From Deltaproteobacteria bacterium (GTDB taxonomy: Bacteria > Desulfobacterota > Desulfobulbia > Desulfobulbales > Desulfobulbaceae), in the NCBI GenBank assembly GCA_024278495.1, contig JAJRTB010000219.1, positions 3,286-27,285 on the forward strand: a stretch of 24,000 bases of DNA, written 5' to 3'. Position 1 is the first letter of the stretch, and each line of letters begins with the position of its first letter. The notes beneath the pieces are model-generated. The model made no database searches. It was not told the DNA's origin and saw only the letters and a list, made by a program, of their open reading frames with translations. This document shows, in pieces, positions 7,333 to 18,179 of the stretch. A program made the position numbers and the translations under genes.

Positions 7333-9903
7333 ATGAACAGCCGCTGGAAAACTTTTTTTATTTGTACAGTCTCCTGGATTTTGCTTACTCAGGCATCAGG
7401 TGTTGTCGCGGCCGAACCGAAGCTGGTAAAAGATATTAATACGAAACTGCGTGGTGGTAACATTTATGAAGTGACAACAATAGGAACCGTTACCTACTTT
7501 GTCGCTGATGATATCGACCACGGCAGTGAACTCTGGAAGTATGAAGGTGGAACGGCATCTCTGGTAAAGGATATCTTTCCCGGCCCTTCAGGAAGCTCCC
7601 CCTACTCTCTGACCGCGGTAAACGACACGCTCTACTTCCTGGCTGATGACGGGACCAGCGGTTATGAACTCTGGATGAGTGACGGCACGGCGGCAGGAAC
7701 CGCTCTGGTGAAAGACATCTGGCCAGGCAGCACGACCAGCAACCCAGGCAGCCTGACCGCGGTGGGCGCCACGCTCTACTTCACGGCAAATGACGGAACC
7801 AGCGGTTATGAACTCTGGATGAGTGACGGCACGGCGGCAGGAACCGCTCTGGTGAAAAACATTTCGCCCGGCAGCGGCAACAGCGCCCCAAGCTACCTGA
7901 CCGCGGTGGGCGCCACGGTCTACTTCACGGCAAATGACGGGAACAGCGGCACGGAGCTCTGGAAAAGCGACGGCACGGCGGCAGGAACCGTTCTGGTGAA
8001 AGACATCCGGACCGGCAACAGCAGTACCCCACGCTACCTGACCGCGGTGGGCGACACGCTCTACTTCACAGCAAATGACGGGAACAGCGGCATTGAACTC
8101 TGGAAAAGCGACGGCACGGCGGCAGGAACCGTTCTGGTGAAAGACATCCGGACCGGCAGCACCAACACCCGTCCAACCTCACTGACCGCGGTGGGCTCCA
8201 CGCTCTACTTCAGGGCTGATGACGGGAACAGCGGCGCTGAACTCTGGAAGAGTGACGGCACGGCGGCAGGAACCGTTCTGGTGAAAGACATCTGGACCGG
8301 TCCCAGCGGCAGCTCCCCGGCCTCCCTGACCGCGGTGGGCAACACGCTCTACTTCACGGCATATGACGGAACCAGCGGCGTTGAGCTCTGGATGAGTGAC
8401 GGCACTGCGACAGGAACCGTCAGGGTGAAAGACATATGGCCCGGCAACAGCAGCAGCTCACCACGCTACCTGACCGCGGTGGGCAACACGCTCTACTTCA
8501 CGGCTGATGACGGGACCAGCGGCCGTGAACTCTGGATGAGTGACGGCACTGCGGCAGGAACCGTCAGGGTGAAAGACATATGGCCCGGTCTCAGCGGCAG
8601 CTCCCCTAGCTCTCTGGCCGCAGCAGGCGCCACGCTCTACTTCACGGCCTACAACACCACTACCGGCTCTCAACTCTGGAAAAGTGATGGTAGTGTGGAC
8701 ACGGTCAGACTGACAGACATTTATTACGGAACAGCATCAGGCGCCCAGTCTTTAGGCGTAATTATCAACGGTATCGTCTATTTCACGGCTGATGACGGGA
8801 CCAGCGGCCGTGAACTCTGGAAGAGTGACGGCACTGCGGCAGGAACCGTTCTGCTGAAAGACATCCGGCCCGGCAATGACAGCAGCTCCCCATACTCTCT
8901 GACCGCAGTGGGCGACACACTCTACTTCAGGGCCAATGACGGCACCAACGGTTATGAACTCTGGAAGAGTGACGGCACTGCAGCAGGAACCGTTCTGGTG
9001 AAAGATATCCAGCCCGGTCCTGGCGACAGCTCCCCATACTCTCTGACCGCAATAGGCGCCACGCTCTACTTCAGGGCCAATGACGGAACCAGCGGCGCTG
9101 AGCTCTGGATGAGTGACGGCACTGCGGCAGGAACCGTTCTGGTGAAAGACATATGGCCCGGTCCTGGCGGCAGCTCCCCGGGCTACCTGCCCGCAATGGG
9201 GGCCACACTCTACTTCACGGCCAATGACGGAACCAGTGGTACTGAGCTCTGGATGACTGACGGCACTGCGGCAGGAACCGTTCTGGTGAAAGACATATGG
9301 CCAGGTCCTGGCTTCAGCTTCCCACGCTACCTGACCGCAATGGGCGCCACGCTCTACTTCAGAGCCAATGACGGCACCAACGGCGCTGAGCTCTGGATGA
9401 CGGACGGCACTGCGGAAGGAACCGCTCTGGTGAAAGACATCCGGACCGGTCTCAAGGACAGCTCCCCAAGCTACCTGACCGCGGTGGGCGCCACGCTCTA
9501 CTTCACGGCTGATGACGGAACCAGCGGTTATGAACTCTGGAAAAGCGACGGCACTGCGGAAGGAACCGTTCTGGTGAAAGACATCCGGACCGGCAGCGGC
9601 AACAGCTCCCCAGGCAAACTGACCGCGGTGGGCGATACGCTCTACTTCAGGGCCAATGACGGCACCAACGGCACTGAGCTCTGGATGAGCGACGGCACTG
9701 GAGCAGGAACCGCTCTGGTAAAAGACATCTATCCGGGCAATGAAAGCAGTTGGCCCAGTGATCTTGTTTATGATGATGATAATGAAACGCTCTATTTCAC
9801 TGCTGTCGATTCCGTATATGACAGAGAATTGTGGGCCTGCCAGGTTGGCGCTTTTCCCTGGACCATGTTTGTGCCGGCAATAACCGGCATGGGCAGCAGA
9901 TAA
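7333..9903 (+). CDS. Secreted ELWxxDGT-repeat protein
   Basis: RBS aaaggagg at about 7320. Signal peptide MNSRWKTFFICTVSWILLTQASGVVAA. Repeated unit ELW(K/M)SDGTAAGT(V/A)LVKDI.PG...SSP..LTAVG.TLYF.A.DGTSG. Confidence 0.95.
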   Translation: MNSRWKTFFICTVSWILLTQASGVVAAEPKLVKDINTKLRGGNIYEVTTIGTVTYFVADDIDHGSELWKYEGGTASLVKDIFPGPSGSSPYSLTAVNDTLYFLADDGTSGYELWMSDGTAAGTALVKDIWPGSTTSNPGSLTAVGATLYFTANDGTSGYELWMSDGTAAGTALVKNISPGSGNSAPSYLTAVGATVYFTANDGNSGTELWKSDGTAAGTVLVKDIRTGNSSTPRYLTAVGDTLYFTANDGNSGIELWKSDGTAAGTVLVKDIRTGSTNTRPTSLTAVGSTLYFRADDGNSGAELWKSDGTAAGTVLVKDIWTGPSGSSPASLTAVGNTLYFTAYDGTSGVELWMSDGTATGTVRVKDIWPGNSSSSPRYLTAVGNTLYFTADDGTSGRELWMSDGTAAGTVRVKDIWPGLSGSSPSSLAAAGATLYFTAYNTTTGSQLWKSDGSVDTVRLTDIYYGTASGAQSLGVIINGIVYFTADDGTSGRELWKSDGTAAGTVLLKDIRPGNDSSSPYSLTAVGDTLYFRANDGTNGYELWKSDGTAAGTVLVKDIQPGPGDSSPYSLTAIGATLYFRANDGTSGAELWMSDGTAAGTVLVKDIWPGPGGSSPGYLPAMGATLYFTANDGTSGTELWMTDGTAAGTVLVKDIWPGPGFSFPRYLTAMGATLYFRANDGTNGAELWMTDGTAEGTALVKDIRTGLKDSSPSYLTAVGATLYFTADDGTSGYELWKSDGTAEGTVLVKDIRTGSGNSSPGKLTAVGDTLYFRANDGTNGTELWMSDGTGAGTALVKDIYPGNESSWPSDLVYDDDNETLYFTAVDSVYDRELWACQVGAFPWTMFVPAITGMGSR
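7537..9835 (+). repeat. In-frame tandem repeat array, unit about 144 bp / 48 aa
   Basis: 17 ELW/QLW motifs, of which 14 are full ELWxxDGT. Adjacent units starting at 7666 and 7810 are 144 bp apart and nearly identical in DNA. Confidence 0.9.
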
Positions 9904-10211
9904 TCTTTTCCCCGGGCATGGAACGAAAGAGGGGTCAAATCTTTATCCTTGACAGGCGGAATATCTACGGCCGGGAATTTCCAGGGCGAACGGCGTTCGT
10001 CACCACTTTTTTCTGTTTCCCTGCAACCTGGGCCAGATTTCTTCCGTGCCTTGCGGCTGGCCGGATGTTTCAAGGTTCCCGGAGAACGGATGCCGCCGCC
10101 GGTGACACAGTCCGCATTCTTCAACAACCGGGCACCTCGCCATCATTATTCCATTATTGAATTTCATGTGCTACTATGGGAGTCACCTATCATCCCGGAG
10201 AATTCAATTCA

Positions 10212-10757
10212 ATGCCTGGACAAGCAAGCGGTACCGGTCAAGTCCCCCGTGATCTGACCGTTGTTGGTGATTTTGTAAAATACTTTGTCATCCTCTATAT
10301 TCCCTTTGTCATCATTGGGATAATTATAGGTTTGATCTTCAAGTCATTTTTCACAGCCGCTCTTGTCAACCCCATTATTTACGCGGGCGGCATCGCCGTC
10401 ATCATCATTGTCATCAAGCACGACGTCAACGACATCCTCGCTCTTGCAGGCCGGGCAAAGGATCAGCAGCTTGCCCTGCATATCAGATACGGTCAAGCCC
10501 TTCAAAAAACAAGTATCCTGATGGCTGCCGGTAAGTATGACGAGGCCCTGAGGTCCGTCAATGCCGTGTTGAAAAAAGAACCGGAATATGCCAATGCCCT
10601 GAATCTCAAGGGCCAGATCCAGCTGGAAGGCTTCGGCAGGTATGCGGCGGCCCGCTCCTGTTTTGAAAAGGTCATGGATCTGGCCGAACCGGAATCGGAA
10701 GATTACCGGCTGGCCGAATCTCTGGCAATGGCGGCATACAAGGCAGAAGAAAGATGA
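10212..10757 (+). CDS. Membrane protein with N-terminal TM helices and C-terminal TPR-like segment
   Basis: Hydrophobic FVKYFVILYIPFVIIGIIIGLIF and NPIIYAGGIAVIIIVI, then AAGKYDEALRSVNAVLKKEPEYANALNLKGQIQLEGFGRYAAARSCFEKVM (TPR-like). The ORF track starts at 10176; ATG 10212 has ggag upstream. Confidence 0.75.
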   Translation: MPGQASGTGQVPRDLTVVGDFVKYFVILYIPFVIIGIIIGLIFKSFFTAALVNPIIYAGGIAVIIIVIKHDVNDILALAGRAKDQQLALHIRYGQALQKTSILMAAGKYDEALRSVNAVLKKEPEYANALNLKGQIQLEGFGRYAAARSCFEKVMDLAEPESEDYRLAESLAMAAYKAEER

Positions 10758-10815
10758 AGTACGGCCGTCGCCGGAAAAAAACACAGCGGTACCAACCACC
10801 AACAAGGTGCGCCCG

Positions 10816-11838
10816 ATGAACAAACAGCCGCAACTCCCGTCCCGGCCGGACCGCCGGCGGTTCCTGCAGATGATCGGCATTGCCGGCGGTGTCGGCGTAC
10901 TCTGGCACCTCGGTCTCGGGTCGGCCGACCCGAGAATACACACCGTCCGCCAAAGCAGGGTCCTGATGGGTACCCAGATCAACCTGATCGTCTTTGGGCC
11001 GGATCCGGTGGAATGCGATCAAGCCGTGCAGGCCACCTTTGCCCGGATGGATGAGCTGACGACCAGGCTGAGCAGACACAACCAGACAAGCGAGCTGGCC
11101 AGGCTCAACACCCGGGGCAGGCTTGTCAGGCCGGGCCGGGATCTCTGCCGGGTACTGGAGCTGGCCGAGCGGATCAGCCGTCTCTCGGAAGGCGCCTTTG
11201 ACGTCACCATCCTGCCCCTGCAGGAACTCTATGCCCGGGCCGCGGCCCGGAACACCCTGCCGGACAGGGACCGGATCGCCGCAACTCTGCGCCTGGTTGA
11301 TCATACCATGATCCACTTCGACGAGACCGCTGTAACGCTGGCGAAAAAGGGCATGGCCATCACCCTGGACGGCATTGCCAAGGGATATATTGTTGACCAG
11401 GGGATCGCCGCTCTGCGTCAACGAAACTTTCCCAATGTCTACGTTGAGGCCGGCGGCGATCTGCGGGTCGCCGGCGTCAAGCCCGGCAACAGGCCGTGGC
11501 GTATAGGCATCCGCAATCCCCGGCCGGACAAAGCCAATGAACTGGTCACGATTGCCATGGCCGACCGGGCCGTGGCCACCTCGGGTGACTACATGCAGCC
11601 CTTCAGCGCTGATCTGCGCAACCACCATATCATCGATCCCCGCACCGGTCATTCACCGCCCGAGCTGGCCAGCGCCACGGTCACGGCACCCACCGTCGCC
11701 CTGGCCGACGGTCTGGCGACCGCTGCCATGGTGCTGGGACCGCGCCGGGCCATTGCCATGCTGGAGGCCCTGCCCGACTGTGAAGGGTTCTTTATCGGCA
11801 AGGACCTGCGCCGCTACCAAACCCGTGGCTTCAGCTGA
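10816..11838 (+). CDS. apbE: FAD:protein FMN transferase ApbE (Tat-type signal)
   Basis: MNKQPQLPSRPDRRRFLQMIGIAGG; MGTQINLIVFG; ITLDGIAKGYIVDQGI; VYVEAGGDLRVAG; AVATSGDYMQ; HHIIDPRTGHSP; ASATVTAPTVALADGLATAAMVLG. These are ApbE hallmarks. The start is internal to the ORF-track call (10642). Confidence 0.92.
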   Translation: MNKQPQLPSRPDRRRFLQMIGIAGGVGVLWHLGLGSADPRIHTVRQSRVLMGTQINLIVFGPDPVECDQAVQATFARMDELTTRLSRHNQTSELARLNTRGRLVRPGRDLCRVLELAERISRLSEGAFDVTILPLQELYARAAARNTLPDRDRIAATLRLVDHTMIHFDETAVTLAKKGMAITLDGIAKGYIVDQGIAALRQRNFPNVYVEAGGDLRVAGVKPGNRPWRIGIRNPRPDKANELVTIAMADRAVATSGDYMQPFSADLRNHHIIDPRTGHSPPELASATVTAPTVALADGLATAAMVLGPRRAIAMLEALPDCEGFFIGKDLRRYQTRGFS

Positions 11839-11839
11839 T

Positions 11840-13195
11840 ATGCAGTGTCTTCGCCTTTCCAGGGGACTGGATATCCCCCTTGCCGGGGAACCCGACCAGG
11901 TCGTTAAGCCCGGCCCGGCCATCCGGCACGTCGCTCTGATCGGCGACGACTATCCTGGCCTGAAACCCACCCTGCTGGTCCGTGTGGGTGAAACGGTCCG
12001 GCTGGGCCAGCCCCTGTTCACGGACAAAAAGAACCCCACCGTTTTTTTTACGGCCCCGGCCGGCGGCACCGTCAAGGAGATCAACCGGGGCGCGAAAAGG
12101 AAATTTGAATCCCTGGTCATTGCCCTGGAGGAGCATGAACCCGTTACCTTCCCCGTCCCGGCCGACCGGAACGTTGCCGGGCTGCCGCCGGAGGAGATCA
12201 AAAAAAACCTGCAGGAATCGGGCCTCTGGTGCGGATTCCGCACCAGGCCGTTCGGCCGGATCCCGGCGGCGGCCGACCTGCCGGCATCGCTCTTTATCAC
12301 GGCCGTCGACACCCGGCCCCTGGCTGGTGATCCCCAAATCATCCTTGCCCGCCGGCGGGACGATTTCAACCTGGGCCTGCGGGTCCTGCGCCGTTTCCCG
12401 GCCGTTCCGCTCTATTTCTGCACCTCGGACGACTTTGACCCGGAAGGTTTTGAACTCGATGGCGTGCACCACGTCGGTTTCCGCGGCCCGCATCCGGCCG
12501 GACTGCCGTCCACCCACATCCATTTCCTTGACCCGGTCCATGCCGGCAAGCAGGTCTGGCACATCTGCTGCCAGGATGTTATCGGAATCGGCCATCTGTT
12601 CCGGACCGGTCAACTGCCGACCGAAAAAACCATTGCCCTGGCCGGACCGGGCATCAGCAACCCCGCCCTGGTCCGGACCCGGATCGGCGCCGACCTGACC
12701 GAACTCTGCGCTGAACGGCTGACCGGGGCCCCTTCCCGGCGAATCCTGTCCGGCTCCGTGCTGGACGGGCGACGGGCCGCCGGACCGCTCGCCTACCTGG
12801 GCCGCTATCACAACCAGGTCAGCGTGATCCCGGAAGGCACCAGCCGTGGTTTCCTGAACTGGCTGCGGCCCGGCCGGGACCGCTTTTCCGTCACCGGTCT
12901 TTTCCTCTCCTCCCTGCTGCCGCAAACCGGGAAATTCGTTATGTCCAGCGCAACCTGGGGCGGGCAGCGGGCAATTTTCCCGCTCGGCACCTATGAGAAG
13001 GTGATGCCCCTTGATATCATTGCCACCCCCCTGCTGAAAAGCCTGGCGGTACAGGACATTGAAAAGGCGGAACTGCTGGGCTGCCTGGAGCTGATAGAAG
13101 AAGATCTTGCTCTGTGCTCCTTTGTCTGCCCCGGCAAAAACAACTACGGCCCCATGCTGCGCGAGATCCTGACAACGATTGAACGAGAAGGCTGA
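11840..13195 (+). CDS. nqrA: Na+-translocating NADH:quinone reductase subunit A
   Basis: [15 protein letters not shown]; [28 protein letters not shown]; [18 protein letters not shown]; ENYGPMLR-like [19 protein letters not shown] at the C-terminus. Position in the nqr operon. Confidence 0.92.
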   Translation: MQCLRLSRGLDIPLAGEPDQVVKPGPAIRHVALIGDDYPGLKPTLLVRVGETVRLGQPLFTDKKNPTVFFTAPAGGTVKEINRGAKRKFESLVIALEEHEPVTFPVPADRNVAGLPPEEIKKNLQESGLWCGFRTRPFGRIPAAADLPASLFITAVDTRPLAGDPQIILARRRDDFNLGLRVLRRFPAVPLYFCTSDDFDPEGFELDGVHHVGFRGPHPAGLPSTHIHFLDPVHAGKQVWHICCQDVIGIGHLFRTGQLPTEKTIALAGPGISNPALVRTRIGADLTELCAERLTGAPSRRILSGSVLDGRRAAGPLAYLGRYHNQVSVIPEGTSRGFLNWLRPGRDRFSVTGLFLSSLLPQTGKFVMSSATWGGQRAIFPLGTYEKVMPLDIIATPLLKSLAVQDIEKAELLGCLELIEEDLALCSFVCPGKNNYGPMLREILTTIEREG

Positions 13196-13209
13196 AGCCG
13201 ACGGACCCC

Positions 13210-14418
13210 ATGCGATTTCTCCACGGATTGTTCAAGAAAACAGAACCTCTCTTCACCGGAGACGGCCTGCTGGCCCGCTGGTACCCCCTGTTCGAGGCAG
13301 CGGATTCTTTTCTCTTTGACAGCGGCCGGACAACCGGGACGGCCCCGCATGTCCGCGACGCGGTCAACATGAAGCGCATCATGATCACGGTGGTCATTGC
13401 CCTGCTCCCCTGCATTGGCATGGCTGTCTGGAATACCGGCTACCAGGCCAACCTGGCCCTCCGGGCCCTGGGCGCCTCAGTGCCGGCCGGCTGGCGGGGC
13501 GCAATCATGGCGCCCATAGGCTGCGATCCGGCCAGCCTGTGGGCCAACCTGGTCCACGGCAGTCTCTATTTTCTGCCCATTTACCTGGTGACCATGCTGG
13601 TCGGAGGATTCTGGGAATGTCTGTTCAGCATTGGGCGCCGGCATGAAATTTCTGAAGCATTTCTGGTGACCGGCCTCCTCTTTCCCCTCACCCTGCCGCC
13701 CGGCGTGCCGCTCTGGCAGGTCGCGGTGGGCATCAGTTTCGGAGTCGTCTTTGCCAAGGAGGTGTTCGGCGGAGTCGGCCGCAACTTCATGAATCCGGCC
13801 CTGGTCGCCCGGGCCTTTCTCTACTTTGCCTACCCGGCCCGGATGAGCGGCGACCTGGTGTGGACGGCCGTGGACGGTTTTACCCGGGCCACGCCCCTGG
13901 CCGTCATATCCGCCGCCCGACCGGACAAAGTCATGGACGCGCTTTCCATCACCTGGAGCCAGGCCTTTCTGGGTACCATTCCCGGTTCCATGGGCGAGAC
14001 CTCTGCCCTGGCCTGCCTCCTGGGCGCGGCGATTCTGCTCGGTACCAGCATTGCTTCCTGGCGGATCATGGCCTCCATGCTGTTTGGCGGTTTTGGCGCC
14101 GCCCTGCTCTTTTTCCTGAGCACCAGTCCCACCAACCCCATGTTCGCCGTGCCGCCGCACTGGCACCTGGTCCTCGGCGGTTTTGCCTTCGGCCTGGTCT
14201 TCATGGCAACCGATCCGGTCACGGCGGCCGCCACCCGGGTCGGCCAGTGGCTGTACGGCCTGTTCATCGGCGCCCTGGCCATCATCATCAGGGTGCTCAA
14301 CCCCGCCTTCCCCGAGGGGGTGATGCTGGCGATCCTGCTGGGCAACGTGGTGGCGCCGTTTATCGACTACTTTGTCATCCAGGCAAACATCAAACGAAGG
14401 ATGGTGCGTCATGGCTGA
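13210..14418 (+). CDS. nqrB: Na+-translocating NADH:quinone reductase subunit B
   Basis: Multi-TM; [34 protein letters not shown]; [29 protein letters not shown]; DGFTRATPL at the flavinylation site; [10 protein letters not shown]. Confidence 0.94.
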   Translation: MRFLHGLFKKTEPLFTGDGLLARWYPLFEAADSFLFDSGRTTGTAPHVRDAVNMKRIMITVVIALLPCIGMAVWNTGYQANLALRALGASVPAGWRGAIMAPIGCDPASLWANLVHGSLYFLPIYLVTMLVGGFWECLFSIGRRHEISEAFLVTGLLFPLTLPPGVPLWQVAVGISFGVVFAKEVFGGVGRNFMNPALVARAFLYFAYPARMSGDLVWTAVDGFTRATPLAVISAARPDKVMDALSITWSQAFLGTIPGSMGETSALACLLGAAILLGTSIASWRIMASMLFGGFGAALLFFLSTSPTNPMFAVPPHWHLVLGGFAFGLVFMATDPVTAAATRVGQWLYGLFIGALAIIIRVLNPAFPEGVMLAILLGNVVAPFIDYFVIQANIKRRMVRHG

Positions 14419-15193
14419 ACATTCCGCCGCCAAACCGTTTTATTCCGTCCTGGTGCTGGCCTTTGTCTGTTCGGCCCTGGTCTCCGGCGCGGCAGTGGGA
14501 CTGCGCCCCTATCAGGAGGCCAACCGCCGGGCCGACCAGAAGAAAAACATCCTGCGGGCCGCGGGACTCTATCGGCCCGACACACCGGTCGAAGCTCTTT
14601 TCGCCGATATCGAGACCAGAATTATCGACCTGCAAACCGGCGCCTGGCTGACCCGGGGACCTGACCCGGAGACCTATGATCAGCTCCAGGCCGCCCTCAG
14701 CAACGACCAGGGCCGTCCGCTTGCCAAACAAGACGATATTGCCGGTCTGCGACGCCTGGAAAAATACGCCCTGGTCTACCTGGTGCGCCGGGGCAACAAA
14801 ACCGGGCAGATCATCCTGCCGGTCCGGGGCAAGGGCTTATGGTCAACCATGTACGGCTACGTTGCCCTTGACGCCGACCTGCGGACAATCCGTGGCATCA
14901 GCTTTTACGAACACGGGGAAACGCCGGGCCTGGGCGGCGAAATAGAGAACCCCAGGTGGCAGGCCGCCTGGCAGGGCAAAAAGATGTACTCGCCGACCGG
15001 CACTGTTTCGCTCCGGATCGTCAAAGGCAAGGCTGCCGCAACCGGGGATGCGGCCATGTACCAGGTGGACGGTCTGTCCGGGGCCACAATGACGGCCCGG
15101 GGCGTTGAAAACCTCATGCGTTTCTGGTTCGGCGAGCACGGCTTCAAGCCCTTCTTTGACCGTCGGCGCCAACAGGGAGGAATCGATGGCTGA
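14411..15193 (+). CDS. nqrC: Na+-translocating NADH:quinone reductase subunit C
   Basis: Single N-terminal TM; [42 protein letters not shown]; covalent FMN motif [20 protein letters not shown]. Overlaps the nqrB end. Confidence 0.94.
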   Translation: MAEHSAAKPFYSVLVLAFVCSALVSGAAVGLRPYQEANRRADQKKNILRAAGLYRPDTPVEALFADIETRIIDLQTGAWLTRGPDPETYDQLQAALSNDQGRPLAKQDDIAGLRRLEKYALVYLVRRGNKTGQIILPVRGKGLWSTMYGYVALDADLRTIRGISFYEHGETPGLGGEIENPRWQAAWQGKKMYSPTGTVSLRIVKGKAAATGDAAMYQVDGLSGATMTARGVENLMRFWFGEHGFKPFFDRRRQQGGIDG

Positions 15194-15809
15194 ATCCAAC
15201 CGCGACCTGCTGACCCGCTCCATTCTTCAGCGCAATCCCATCGCCCTGCTGGTGCTGGGCATCTGCTCGGCCCTGGCCGTCACCTCGCAGATGACCACCG
15301 CCCTGGTGATGGCGATCTGCGTTACCCTGGTAACGGCCCTGTCCGGCTTTACCATCAGCGTGGTCCGTTTTCAGATTCCCAACAGCGTCCGGGTCGGCAT
15401 CCAGATAACGGTCATCGCCACCCTGGTCATTCTGATCGACCAGTTCCTGCGCGCCTTCTATTTTGACCTGTCCAGGCAACTCTCCATCTATGTCGGCCTG
15501 ATCATAACCAACTGCATCATCATGGGACGGGCCGAAGGGTTTGCCATGAGCAACCCGCCCATCCCCAGTTTCATCGACGGTATAGGCAACGGTCTCGGAT
15601 ACGGCCTGGTGCTGCTGTTTGTCGCCTTTTTTCGTGAGCTGCTGGGATCCGGCACCCTGTTCGGCGTCGAGATCCTGCCGCTTGCCACCGAGGGCGGCTG
15701 GTACCCGCGCAACGGCATCTTTATCCTTCCGGTCAGCGCCTTTTTCCTGATTGCCCTGCTTATCTGGCTGCTGCGCACGCTGGATCCGGCCCAACAGGAG
15801 AAAGAATGA
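15186..15809 (+). CDS. nqrD: Na+-translocating NADH:quinone reductase subunit D
   Basis: [38 protein letters not shown]; [25 protein letters not shown]; [12 protein letters not shown]. Overlaps the nqrC end. Confidence 0.95.
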   Translation: MAESNRDLLTRSILQRNPIALLVLGICSALAVTSQMTTALVMAICVTLVTALSGFTISVVRFQIPNSVRVGIQITVIATLVILIDQFLRAFYFDLSRQLSIYVGLIITNCIIMGRAEGFAMSNPPIPSFIDGIGNGLGYGLVLLFVAFFRELLGSGTLFGVEILPLATEGGWYPRNGIFILPVSAFFLIALLIWLLRTLDPAQQEKE

Positions 15810-15861
15810 TGAACGCCCCACCCCTGACCGCAGCCCGGCAACGCAACGAACGGTGATACCT

Positions 15862-16464
15862 ATGGGTCATTATCTGGATATTATCTACCGGTCGATTTTC
15901 CTTGAAAACCTGCCCCTGAGCTTCTTTCTGGGCATGTGTACCTTCCTGGCCATTTCCAGAAAGGTCAAAACCGCCATCGGTCTCGGCCTGGCCGTTCTTG
16001 TCCTCATGATCATTACCGTGCCCATCAACAACCTGATCCTCAACATCCTGCTCAAGCCCGGAGCCCTGGCCTGGGCCGGTCAACACGAGCTGGACCTGAC
16101 CTTTCTCGGCCTGCTGACCTATATCGGCGTCATTGCCGCCGTGGTGCAGGTCCTGGAGATGTTCCTGGACCGGTTTTCGCCTGCCCTGTACAATACCCTG
16201 GGCATCTTTCTGCCCCTGCTCACGGTGAACTGCGCCATTTTTGGCGCCACCCTGTTCATGGTGGAGCGCGATTATACCTTTGCGGAAAGCGTCGCCTACG
16301 GTTTCGGAGCCGGAGCCGGTTTTTTCCTGGCCGTTGTTCTGCTGGCCGGAATCCGTGAGAAACTTGAATACGCCGATCCCCCCGCGGGCCTGCGGGGCCT
16401 GGGCTTGACGTTTATAAGCGCCGGTCTGATAGCCCTGGCCTTCATGGGGCTGGCCGGGCTGTAA
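15862..16464 (+). CDS. nqrE: Na+-translocating NADH:quinone reductase subunit E
   Basis: [49 protein letters not shown]; [56 protein letters not shown]. Confidence 0.95.
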   Translation: MGHYLDIIYRSIFLENLPLSFFLGMCTFLAISRKVKTAIGLGLAVLVLMIITVPINNLILNILLKPGALAWAGQHELDLTFLGLLTYIGVIAAVVQVLEMFLDRFSPALYNTLGIFLPLLTVNCAIFGATLFMVERDYTFAESVAYGFGAGAGFFLAVVLLAGIREKLEYADPPAGLRGLGLTFISAGLIALAFMGLAGL

Positions 16465-16539
16465 CCGTCGGGAACAGACGGACTGCCGCGCACCGAAAAC
16501 AGAATGATGACCACCGGTCCGGACACTCGATAAACAGAT

Positions 16540-17763
16540 ATGAATGAAATCATTTTCGGCATTCTCTGCTATCTCATCCTCCAGCTGATCCTGGTCAGCC
16601 TGATCGTGCTGGCCCGGAAATCCCTGGTGCCCGGCGGTAGCATCTCCATCCTCATCAACGGGGACAGGGAACTGACCGTCTCACCCGGCGGCAAACTGCT
16701 CACCTCCCTGGCTGAACAGGAAATCTACCTCTCCTCGGCCTGCGGCGGCGGGGGCACCTGCGGCCAATGCAGGGTCGTGGTTGAGGAAGGCGGCGGAGCC
16801 ATCCTGCCCACCGAACGATCGCTGATCAATATCTTTGAGGCCCGGGCCGGGGTACGGTTGGCCTGCCAGGTCCCGGTCAGGCACGACCTCAAAATCCGGA
16901 TCCCGCCGGAGATGCTCGAAACCCGGAAATGGCAATGCCGGGTCCGCTCCAACAACAACGTGGCCACCTTTATCAAGGAACTCGTGCTGGAACTGCCGCC
17001 CGGCGAAGAGCTCAATTTCAGGCCGGGCGGATTTATCCAGATCGAGGTGCCGCCCCACGCGCTTTCCTACGCCAGTTTTGATATAGATGAGCGGTTCCTG
17101 GCCGACTGGAAAAAATTCAAGATGTTCCAGTACACATCCCACGTCCACACCCCAGTTACCAGGGCCTACTCCATGGCCAACTACCCGGGCGAGAAGGGCA
17201 TCATCAAGCTCAACGTCAGGATTGCCAGTCCGCCGCCCCGGGGACCGGCAGGCATTCCGCCCGGCAAGGTCTCTTCCTACATCTTCAATCTCAAGCCTGG
17301 CGACACAGTGACCATTTCCGGACCGTTTGGTGATTTTTTCATCGAAGACAGCAATTCGGAAATGCTCTACATCGGCGGCGGAGCCGGCATGGCGCCCCTG
17401 CGCAGTCACATCTTCGAGCTCTTCAAGGGCCGCAGGACAAAACGAAAGGTATCCTTCTGGTACGGCGCCCGCAGCCTCCGGGAAATTTTTTACGCCGGGG
17501 AGTTTGAGGAACTGGCCCGGAACCATGAAAATTTTTCATTTCATGTTGCCCTGTCCGAACCCCAACCCGAGGACGACTGGCAGGGACTGACCGGCTTCAT
17601 CCACCAGGTTCTCTTTGACAACTATCTGCGGGATCATCCGGCTCCGGAAGACATCAACTACTACATGTGCGGTCCGCCCATGATGACCAGGGCGGTGCTG
17701 GACATGCTTGATACCCTCGGGGTAGAGCCTGAAAACATCCACTTTGACGATTTCGGCGGCTGA
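16540..17763 (+). CDS. nqrF: Na+-translocating NADH:quinone reductase subunit F
   Basis: [2Fe-2S] ferredoxin motif [18 protein letters not shown]...ACQVPV; FAD site [14 protein letters not shown]; NAD(P)H site [15 protein letters not shown]; C-terminal [34 protein letters not shown]. Confidence 0.96.
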   Translation: MNEIIFGILCYLILQLILVSLIVLARKSLVPGGSISILINGDRELTVSPGGKLLTSLAEQEIYLSSACGGGGTCGQCRVVVEEGGGAILPTERSLINIFEARAGVRLACQVPVRHDLKIRIPPEMLETRKWQCRVRSNNNVATFIKELVLELPPGEELNFRPGGFIQIEVPPHALSYASFDIDERFLADWKKFKMFQYTSHVHTPVTRAYSMANYPGEKGIIKLNVRIASPPPRGPAGIPPGKVSSYIFNLKPGDTVTISGPFGDFFIEDSNSEMLYIGGGAGMAPLRSHIFELFKGRRTKRKVSFWYGARSLREIFYAGEFEELARNHENFSFHVALSEPQPEDDWQGLTGFIHQVLFDNYLRDHPAPEDINYYMCGPPMMTRAVLDMLDTLGVEPENIHFDDFGG

Positions 17764-17840
17764 CGCCCTGTTCCGGGGAATCCCTGCGCCGGAACAGATC
17801 CGCCCGCGTCCACAGGTCCCACCCAGACCCAGGAGACAAA

Positions 17841-18086
17841 ATGCGGCTTTTCATCCTTACTCTGCTTATTACCCTGGGAGTCATGCTCCTGTTCGTCTGG
17901 TTCTTCTCCTTGTGCCGCCGTAAGCTCCGGGGAACGCGGCACGGGTTGAGCGGCATGTGCCGTAAAACAGGCGGTTCCGTCTGTGCCGCCTGTCGGAAGA
18001 CGACGGCCAAGGGCGGGCCCGCTCCGGAGCGGACTGCCGGACAGGCCGAACAACATGTCACGGCGGAGGATGACGCCGAGGCCTGA
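17841..18086 (+). CDS. nqrM: Small membrane protein, NqrM-like (DUF539-type Na+-NQR maturation factor)
   Basis: 81 aa, N-terminal TM (MRLFILTLLITLGVMLLFVWFF) followed by a Cys-containing tail RRKLRGTRHGLSGMCRKTGGSVCAACRK. RBS aggag at 17831. Directly downstream of nqrF, as in known nqr operons. Assignment rests on position and topology; the sequence is divergent. Confidence 0.55.
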   Translation: MRLFILTLLITLGVMLLFVWFFSLCRRKLRGTRHGLSGMCRKTGGSVCAACRKTTAKGGPAPERTAGQAEQHVTAEDDAEA

Positions 18087-18128
18087 ACGACCAAACAAGA
18101 ACTGTCATGTACCGGTCCTGAAGAGAAC

Positions 18129-18157
18129 TTGACAACGCCTCGCCCATCGCCTATCGT
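18129..18157 (+). promoter_or_regulatory. Sigma70-like promoter for arsR-hgcAB
   Basis: TTGACA (18129-18134), 17-bp spacer, TATCGT (18152-18157). Confidence 0.55.
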
Positions 18158-18169
18158 AGAGTAACGATA
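18152..18169. promoter_or_regulatory. Candidate ArsR-family operator
   Basis: Perfect 6-bp inverted repeat TATCGT-AGAGTA-ACGATA overlapping the putative -10, about 10 bp upstream of the arsR start. Confidence 0.5.
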
Positions 18170-18179
18170 AAGAGGAACC

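Noticed and set aside
7660-9760. CRISPR array interpretation of the regular repeats
   Set aside because: The 144-bp units are in-frame protein-coding repeats without a repeat/spacer architecture.
10672-11652. 326-aa minus-strand ORF
   Set aside because: Antisense to apbE; no recognisable domain.
11831-12925. 364-aa minus-strand ORF
   Set aside because: Antisense shadow of nqrA.
13477-14433. 318-aa minus-strand ORF
   Set aside because: Shadow of nqrB; low-complexity, no signature.
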